NCBI GenBank assembly: GCA_951406725.2
Contig: OX597818.1
Coordinates: forward strand, 82,274,001 to 82,338,000
DNA length: 64,000 nucleotides
Direction: 5' to 3'
Origin: Octopus vulgaris
Lineage: Eukaryota
Part shown: positions 56,246 to 64,000 of the stretch, piece after piece
Layout of the letters: the number at the start of each line of letters is the position of its first letter
Position numbering within the stretch: the stretch's first letter is position 1
The notes under the pieces: model-generated
The model's input: only the letters and a program-made list of their open reading frames with translations
Databases searched by the model: none
Told to the model about the DNA's origin: nothing
Made by a program: the position numbers and the translations under genes

Positions 56246-56547
56246 GTAGCTGGAGAAAACAGTTGAATCGTGCAATGTCAGTAAGGTTCATAACTACAGA
56301 TATCTGAGCTATCATGACCGATAAATGTGCAGCGTAAATGGAGGAAAAACGGTAATGTTACCACAAAATATATGTTCAGGCGACAGATGTTAGACACATC
56401 TACTTATTAGCATTAAAGTTGATGTAAGACAGCATTTCTATCTCGTTCACTGTATCCCTGCTATGGTTATAAACATCCCCACCAGATATCGGTGGAGACT
56501 GTTCTGCGGAATATTCGCATGCTAGAAACAGCAGCCTAGCCCGCACG
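56246..56547 (-). other. Candidate host exon (5'UTR plus possible start MIAQISVVMNLTDIARFNCFLQL)
   Basis: Acceptor tttcag| at 56548, donor |gtaagt at 56245, unique sequence; no homology recognised. Confidence 0.3.
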
Positions 56548-57858
56548 CTGAAATCATAGTTGTTGTAGTTAAAAAAACAAACAAAAATGCAAGTTGGATG
56601 ATGTATGTGAATAACAGAGAACAGAAAATAAACACGATAGTCATGGATGGATAGTTGCATGATCATAGACCTTTGCGGAAATAACAGAAACAGAAAAAAA
56701 TGGAAGCTGATCACGGCTGGAGCATATTTCATAGAACTTCATATCCAGTACTGATCTGGTACTCAAACAAAAGATACTATGACGTCTAATTCGTCATTTT
56801 AGCATATATTACAAGTTTTAGGAAAAATATGAAACCACATACACACACATACATACACACACATACACACACACACGCACACACACATATATATACTCTT
56901 TTACTTATTTCAGTCCTTTAGTAAATATGGTTTCCTTTTTAACTATAATGCTTCTCTTATTTGAATAATAATTTCATAAGATTTTTAAACGATGAACTTT
57001 TATTTTATTTACATGATATATATTATATATTTTTTATATGCTCCTATATATATATATATTTTTTTTTTATTTTTATATACCTAATTATTTTTATATATTA
57101 CTTTATATTATATTTTTACTTTCTAGGTATTTTAATGTTTTTGTTTTTTTTTAAATGTATTTTTCTGAATCGCACACTCTAAACTGTGATGAATTTTTTT
57201 TTTTCTAGCACCTTATTATTATTATAATATGCTTGTATGCTTGTACAGATGAATTATGTTCCATCTTGCGGGATGTTTATATGTATATTCTATGATTAAA
57301 TGTTCGAATTATGAAATGCTATGCGGATGACCTTGCATTTGTTTGTTCAATAACTTTAGTTTGATATATATATATATATAAATATCTACGTTTATGTCTC
57401 TATCTATATGTATGTGTGTATATGAATGTACATACATACATGTGTATATGTATACACACTCTGATATGTATGTATATCTCTCATATAAATTGTGTTCTAA
57501 AATTGATTATTTGGTGTCTTGTCAAACCATTATCTATATAAATTTTCACAAAGGCACTGGTACAAATAATTTGATTTTCTTTGTTTTTTTAACGTTCCAG
57601 TTAAATGAATTTGTTCAGGCCTATTTATTCAACACATCGCACCAGAAATTAAATGTACTCATCCGTGAGTTTATCAAAATCATTGGTTTTAACAGTTGAA
57701 CTCGAAGTAGAGAATGTATCAATAACAGCATTGGGTTAAAACACCCTTTGAATACAAATGTCGAAGTATGTCATAAGGCTGTTGTGCGCCAATTGGCGGC
57801 CTCCGAATTTACAAGAAGTTGTAACCCAAAATGTATATGCTATTATTTATGTCCCTTC

Positions 57859-58830
57859 AAGGCGGCGTGCTGGCAGAATCGTTAGCACGCCGGGTGAAAT
57901 GCTTAGCAGTATTTCGTCTGCCGCTACGTTCTGAGTTCAAATTCTGCCGAGGTGGACTTTGACTTTTATCTTTTCGGGGTCGATTAAATAAGTACCAGTT
58001 ACTCACTGGGCTCGATATAATCGACTTAATCCGTTTGTCTGTCCTTGTTTTTCCTCTCTGTGTTCTTGTGGGTAGTAAAGAAATAGGTATTTCTCGCGTC
58101 GTTATGTTCTAAGTTCAAATTCTGCCGAGGTCGACTTTGCTTTTTATCCATTCAGAATCGATAAATTAAGTACTATTTGAACACTGGGGGTCGATGTAAT
58201 TGATCCATATCCTTCTCCAAAATTGCTGCCCTTGCTCCAAAATTTGAAACCCTTATAAGGCAGCGAGTTTGCAGAATCAATAAAACGCGAGGCGAAATGC
58301 TTAGCTATGTTCCGTCCGTCGCTACGTTCTTAGATCAAATTCCACCGAGTTCGACTTTGCTTTTCATCCAATCGGAATCGATAAAATAAATACCAGTTGA
58401 GTATAGGTGTCGGTATAATCGATTGTCCTGCTCCCCCAAATTTCAGACCTTGTGCCTATAGGATAAAGAATTATTAATAGCTCTTCTAAGGCGGCGAGCT
58501 AGCGGAAACGTTAGCACGACGGACGAAAAGCTTAACGGTATTTCGTCTGCCGTTACGTTCTGAGTTCAAATACTGCCGAGGTCGATTTGCCTTTCATCCT
58601 TTCGGGGTCGATTAAATAAGTACCAGTTACGCACTGGGGTCGATATAATGGACTATATCCGTTTGGCTGTCCTTGTTTGTCCCTTCTGTGTTTAGCCCCT
58701 TGTGGGTAGTAAAGAAATAGGTATTTCGTTTGTCTTCAAATTCTTAGTTCAATTCCGCCCAGGTCGACTTCAAGATCAATGAAATAAGTATCAGTTGAGT
58801 ACTGGGTTCGATGTAATCGACTCACCCCCT
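57859..58830 (+). mobile_element. Head-to-tail cluster of five SINE family A units
   Basis: Units start near 57859, 58085, 58258, 58488 and 58720. Confidence 0.9.
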
Positions 58831-59013
58831 CCCCACTATATTTATAGCCCTTCTATTTCCAATTCAATCTTGTTTCGAAGATTCAAAATTCTTATGCCGT
58901 GTTTATCTATTGATATTTTAATAAAAGAATACTCATCACTCCATCCGATTGCTGTTGTGATTCTTCATATTTTTGTTGCTTATACTCGAGTCTCTAGCAA
59001 CTGAGCAGATAAA

Positions 59014-59168
59014 CAGTCGTGGACAAATGTTTGGAACATTGTTTTGAAAAATTAAAATTGTTATGCCCAAGTACTATTTGATTCAAATATATACAACGTA
59101 TATATTTGGGAATTTAATATAAAAATTCTAATTTTCAGATCTATGTTCTAAACTGTTGGTCACGATTG
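59014..59168. mobile_element. Tc1-like MITE
   Basis: Imperfect TIRs cagtcgtggacaaatgtttggaacat / atgttctaaactgttggtcacgattg. Confidence 0.6.
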
Positions 59169-59341
59169 ATCAAAAGTCTTCCAACAGTGATAATTCTATC
59201 TTTCTGGCATGAAGAAGGTACCAAGAACAACATAGCCTACGAAAGTTTGGTTGGGTGTGATTTGAAGATGATTTGTTTATTATTTCTACCAGAGTGAGCG
59301 TCTATGTTGAGGCTTCCTCGCGGTTCGGTAATATATATGCA

Positions 59342-59750
59342 TAGGCGCAGAAGTGGCTGTGTGGTAAGTAGCTTGCTTACCAACCACATGGTTCCGGGTT
59401 CATTCCCACTGCGTGGCAACTTAGACAAGTCTCTTCTACTGTAGCCTCGGGCAGACCAAAGCCTTGTGAGTGGATTTGGTAGACGGAAACTGAAAGAATC
59501 CCGTCGTATATATGTATATATGTATGTGTGTGTACATGTTCGTGTGTCTGTGTTTGTCCCCCAACGTTGCTTGACAACCGGCGTGCTAACGTTTACAACC
59601 CCGTAACGTAGCGGTTCGGCAAAAGAGACCGATAGAATAAGTACTAGGCTTCCAAAGAATAAGTCCTGGGGTTGATTTGCTCGACTAAAGGCAGTGCTCC
59701 AGCATGGCCGCAGTCAGATGACTGAAACAAATAAAAGAGTAAAAGAGTAT
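59342..59750 (+). mobile_element. SINE family B, full length
   Basis: Colinear with 39736-40140. Confidence 0.92.
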
Positions 59751-60224
59751 GTGTTGCACACATACACACCCACACAAACACACACACACATATATATATG
59801 TATAAGTTTTTATTCTTACCCTTAAGACTCAAAAGACAGGTTAACCTGCAGCCATGGTGTATGAGGGACCGAAGTCACAACATTCTCACTGAAAGGGACG
59901 CTGCTCCGACGCAAGATTCAAGGCCAGCAAGAGCCCCGTACTTGACCGGTACTTTATTTTATCGACCCTGGAGTGGTAAAAGTAAATTTGACCCGAATAA
60001 TATTTAGACTCAGAGTGTAAGGTGCTAGAATATATACGCTAAGAATCTTATCCGACGTAGTAACGATTCCACCATCTCGCTGGTTTAGTTGGGAGAGACT
60101 TCGAAGACACTATCAACAATATTCTTGTTTAAGAATGATACATTTTTTCTGTACAGGAGTATAGAATACCCAACAGATTAATGTATAACTGGTTTTATTA
60201 TAACTGATCATGAAGGACAAACAT

Positions 60225-60383
60225 CAAGAGTAGCTGTGTGGTAAGAAGCTTGCTTCCCAATCACATGGCTCTGGGTTCAGCCCCACGGAGTGGCACTTTG
60301 GGTAAGTGTCTTCTACTATAGCCTCCGTCTGACCAAAGCCATTAGAGTGGATTTGGTAGGCGGAAAATTAAAGATACCCATGG

Positions 60384-60464
<81 letters not shown>

Positions 60465-60740
60465 ATGTATGTATGTATGTGTGTGTGTGTCTTTGTGTGT
60501 GTGTCTGTGTCTTTGTGTCTATGTGCCTTTGTGTCTATGTTTGTCGCCCCACCATCGCTTGAAAGCCGATGTTGGTGTTTTAGGTCCTCGTAATCTAGCG
60601 GTTCAGCATAAGCGACAGATAGAATAAGTACTAGGCTTACAAAGAATAAATCCTGAGGTCGATTTCTTCGACTAAAAAAACCTTTTAATGCGGTGCTCCA
60701 GCATGGTCTGAGACAAATGACTGAAACAAGTAAAAGGAGC
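60225..60740 (+). mobile_element. SINE family B with expanded internal microsatellite
   Basis: Colinear with 39736-40140; internal (TA)n ~70 bp. Confidence 0.88.
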
Positions 60741-60799
60741 AAAATATATTTACATATATTTATAGACACAATGTAAACATGCATATGTAAAATGAACTG

Positions 60800-61019
60800 C
60801 AGTGATCCTTCGTCATATCGCGGTTCACCTATCATGGTATATTTAAACTTACGTCGATTCCTACGCCGTGTTGTTTTGTATTTCTACTAAAATAAATAAA
60901 TACAAATCATAACAATAATAAAAGAAAACATATATTACAGTACTTTTTCTACTTCGCAGATTATCACCTATCGCAGGGCGTTTTGGAACGTAACACCCGT
61001 GAGAGTCGAAGGATTACTG
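60800..61019. mobile_element. pogo/Tigger-like MITE
   Basis: TIRs cagtgatccttcg / cgaaggattactg followed by TA. Confidence 0.7.
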
Positions 61020-61416
61020 TAATGGTCACCGATTAAGAATTCTGCATTAACAAACCCCTAGATGAATAGTAGATGTGTTATGGATTGAAAGGAAAGGCTC
61101 ATAATTTTAGCCACACACACACACATACACACAGACTCACACACACACGTATTTTGACACATTTGCTCATCAACACTTCGAACTAAAACAACGTTAAGAA
61201 TAACAACCGAAACGTCTGTAACAGCAACAAGCGTAAGGGCGATATAAATATAGACGATATCACCAATCACTCACTACCATTAACAAGAAGAACTTGAAGA
61301 ACAACACAAACATATTGAAGACGTATGGGTGAGAATTGGTGTGCTTCTTAAATTATGTGTTATTTTCTTTCACATTTGTCTGTTTTTCACAACTGTCTTA
61401 TAAGTACATACATATA

Positions 61417-61950
61417 TGGTGGCTGCCCCCTCGTTATCGAGTATGGCCATTGCACGAAGCTTAATCAATGTTGTTATCGTGCTATGCCTGTGCAAGAAGA
61501 TTTTTTTTTAAAGTGAGGAAAGGCTGTGCACTGAGTCAATCCCACTCACTAAGCAACAGCAGCCATAATCCGAAAAGAAGAACAAATCAACATCATCGGT
61601 AACCACTGAGCCGCAGTTTATGTCGGAGTTATCCCAGTTACCTGAGTTACCTTCTCCTAGAAGGATGCCCTAACAAAGGCTAAGAGTCCTTCACTCCCAA
61701 TGGTTTAACCGCGCGATCGGGTATTCAGTCCGATTATTTCTATGTCCTCGCGCATGATACAGCCTTAAGACATTTATTGAATGGCCGTTGAATCTCAAGA
61801 GTTCCTCCGCCCTTTGACGGGTTTTGTTTTTCATTCCGCAGGGTGTCCAATAAACACTCTCCTCACCAAGTAAGCTTGGTGGGGTTGCCGGTTTAGTCGC
61901 CGACGACCCGACCATGCAACAGGTTGTACTGGGTTACATGTTACCAGTAG
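61417..61950 (-). mobile_element. RTE-related non-autonomous element (5'UTR-like part fused to a 3' tail)
   Basis: Minus strand agcctttgttagggcatccttctaggagaaggtaactc resembles the RTE 5'UTR motif; gcgactaaaccggcaa is shared with ~20410, and variants at ~22435 and ~23005. Confidence 0.5.
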
Positions 61951-61966
61951 CACTCGAAAGTGACCT

Positions 61967-62027
<61 letters not shown>

Positions 62028-62178
62028 TCACACATACACACATACACTCACGCACACACATACACACACGAGGACTCACTCCCACTCACACACACACAAA
62101 CACACGCACACACACACATACACACGCTTACACAATAAAGACCTACGTTACATATATGTATGCATATGTATATTCATG

Positions 62179-62209
<31 letters not shown>

Positions 62210-62610
62210 CATTATATATATATATGTGTGTGTGTGTGTATGTTTGTACATTTGAATATATATATATGTGAATACACACAAACAGATGCACACACGTGCA
62301 CACATGCATGCATATATTTACAAACTTATAAACAGGGGATAACAAAATCCATAATATATGTCAATCTACGTGTATCGATCTATCTAACTAACCAGGTTTG
62401 CCTATTTGTCAGCCTATCTAATTAGGTATATCTTTTCTGTCTATTTCTCTTTTGACTGCCTTTCTCTTTGGCAATACAGTCGTGTATGTGCATATGTGTG
62501 CTTATACATCTATATGTATGATTGTACATAATTATATCCATATGCGTGTGTGTTCATATGCACCGACAAAAATATTAATATTACTGAGCCAACCCGCCTT
62601 CACACATAAC

Positions 62611-62669
<59 letters not shown>

Positions 62670-62717
62670 TATGTATATATATGTATATATGTATGTTTGA
62701 TTGTATGTAAATATATT

Positions 62718-62766
<49 letters not shown>

Positions 62767-62810
62767 CTAATTATATGCCTTGTTATTAAATCTGAAAAAA
62801 CATCACAAAA

Positions 62811-62850
62811 ACTGTTGCTTAGAGTTTCACGTTCCCGTTCGTCAGACAGT
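62811..62850 (-). ncRNA. Minimal type I hammerhead motif, same family as 15126
   Basis: acugu-CUGACGA-acg ggaa cgu-GAAA-cucuaag-CA-acagu; core canonical, cleavage-site U mutated. Confidence 0.7.
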
Positions 62851-63054
62851 TATGATTAAGAATATACTAATTATATTCATACTAATATGCGTGATTAAGT
62901 ATACACTAATTGTATTCATAATTTACAGACAAGCATTCTTGCATACAGGGATATAACATATAACGATAATCTATAACATTCCCAGAGACATAGCAACGCG
63001 AAGCACGTACTTTAAAAATCTCCTCATGTTTCATTAGCATACGTCCACCGACAG

Positions 63055-63900
63055 CAATCAACAAAAATTACACAAAAATTATATATCAAACAAGAGCGTG
63101 TGTAACAACCCTGTCTTCATCATCATAATCATCATCATCATCAACAACAATAGCAACAACAACAACGACGACGGTGACGACGACGACGACGACTACTGTA
63201 AAACCACCAACATCACCACACGGTTGCAACAATAGCAACAACATTGATACAAAATTATAAGTAAATTTTGTCCACTTCAAACACAGGAAAACAAACGACA
63301 CAAACATAAATTCAGTCCACTTGACAGAGTGAATAACAAGATGCATCAATGACTATCAACAACCGTGGAAAAATATATAACAATTACTGTGACAATAACA
63401 TGATCAACAATAACACCAATCACAATATCAGTAAACAAAACAGCAAACAACAAAAGTTCTTGTAATAAGACCAGGAACGACAGCTTCGTAGATTTATGCA
63501 TAAATAACAAAAAAAGTACTACAACAAGCGCCATGATATCCTCGACAAATCAAACATGAAGTACAATAACGAAAAGCAAATAAATGGACATTTAATAGAG
63601 TGAAACAGTAACAGCAGCAACAAGAACAGCAATAACTGCATCATTAATGATATAAAACAACAATAATAACTAAATGGAAGCCCCTTCGTAAATTCAAATG
63701 CTAAACACAGCACCAACAACAACAACAGCTACAACAGCGTTTACCATTATAAGTAAAATATTAAGAACAATAGCAACATTATAATAAAGCAGAGAGCAAC
63801 ATTAGCATCGAAAGATCATTAGATATAGTGAAACACGAACATAATAACTACAACAATAGCCACACAAATGGCAAGAAAACAAAGCTTTCAAAATATAAAA
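63055..63900. repeat. Degenerate (CAA)/(CAT)/(CGA)-rich low-complexity tract
   Basis: A/C-rich trinucleotide remnants with no sustained ORF. Confidence 0.7.
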
Positions 63901-64000
63901 ATATCGATACGTGCATTCTATAACGGCGAAATAATATCGACAACATCAATAAAAAATGCAATATCCATATTGGTGCCGTTTGTTTGTTGTGTATTTAATT

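Overview
AT-rich eukaryotic DNA that looks intronic or intergenic. It is saturated with microsatellites ((TA)n, (CA)n, (TAA)n, (GA)n, (TATC)n), and its repeat content points to an octopus or other coleoid cephalopod (inference). No confident host protein-coding gene is present; almost all ORF-track entries are translated microsatellites. Recognisable elements: a young 5'-truncated Penelope-like retroelement (PLE; RT thumb plus GIY-YIG ORF) with ~500-bp inverted pseudo-LTRs, several decayed Tc1/mariner/maT transposons and MITEs, LINE fragments (L1/Tx1, R4/Dong, NeSL/R4-type RLE, RTE-like), and three tRNA-derived SINE families. The main signal beyond those features is about 14 type I hammerhead-ribozyme (HHR) motifs, canonical and variant. 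They sit in short non-coding, microsatellite-flanked elements, many built as tail-out inverted repeats like the PLE. One element (45619-46390) is a partial tandem repeat with two intact HHRs 471 nt apart, the architecture of a retrozyme that could release a small circular RNA. All folds and alignments were done by eye and need computational and experimental confirmation.
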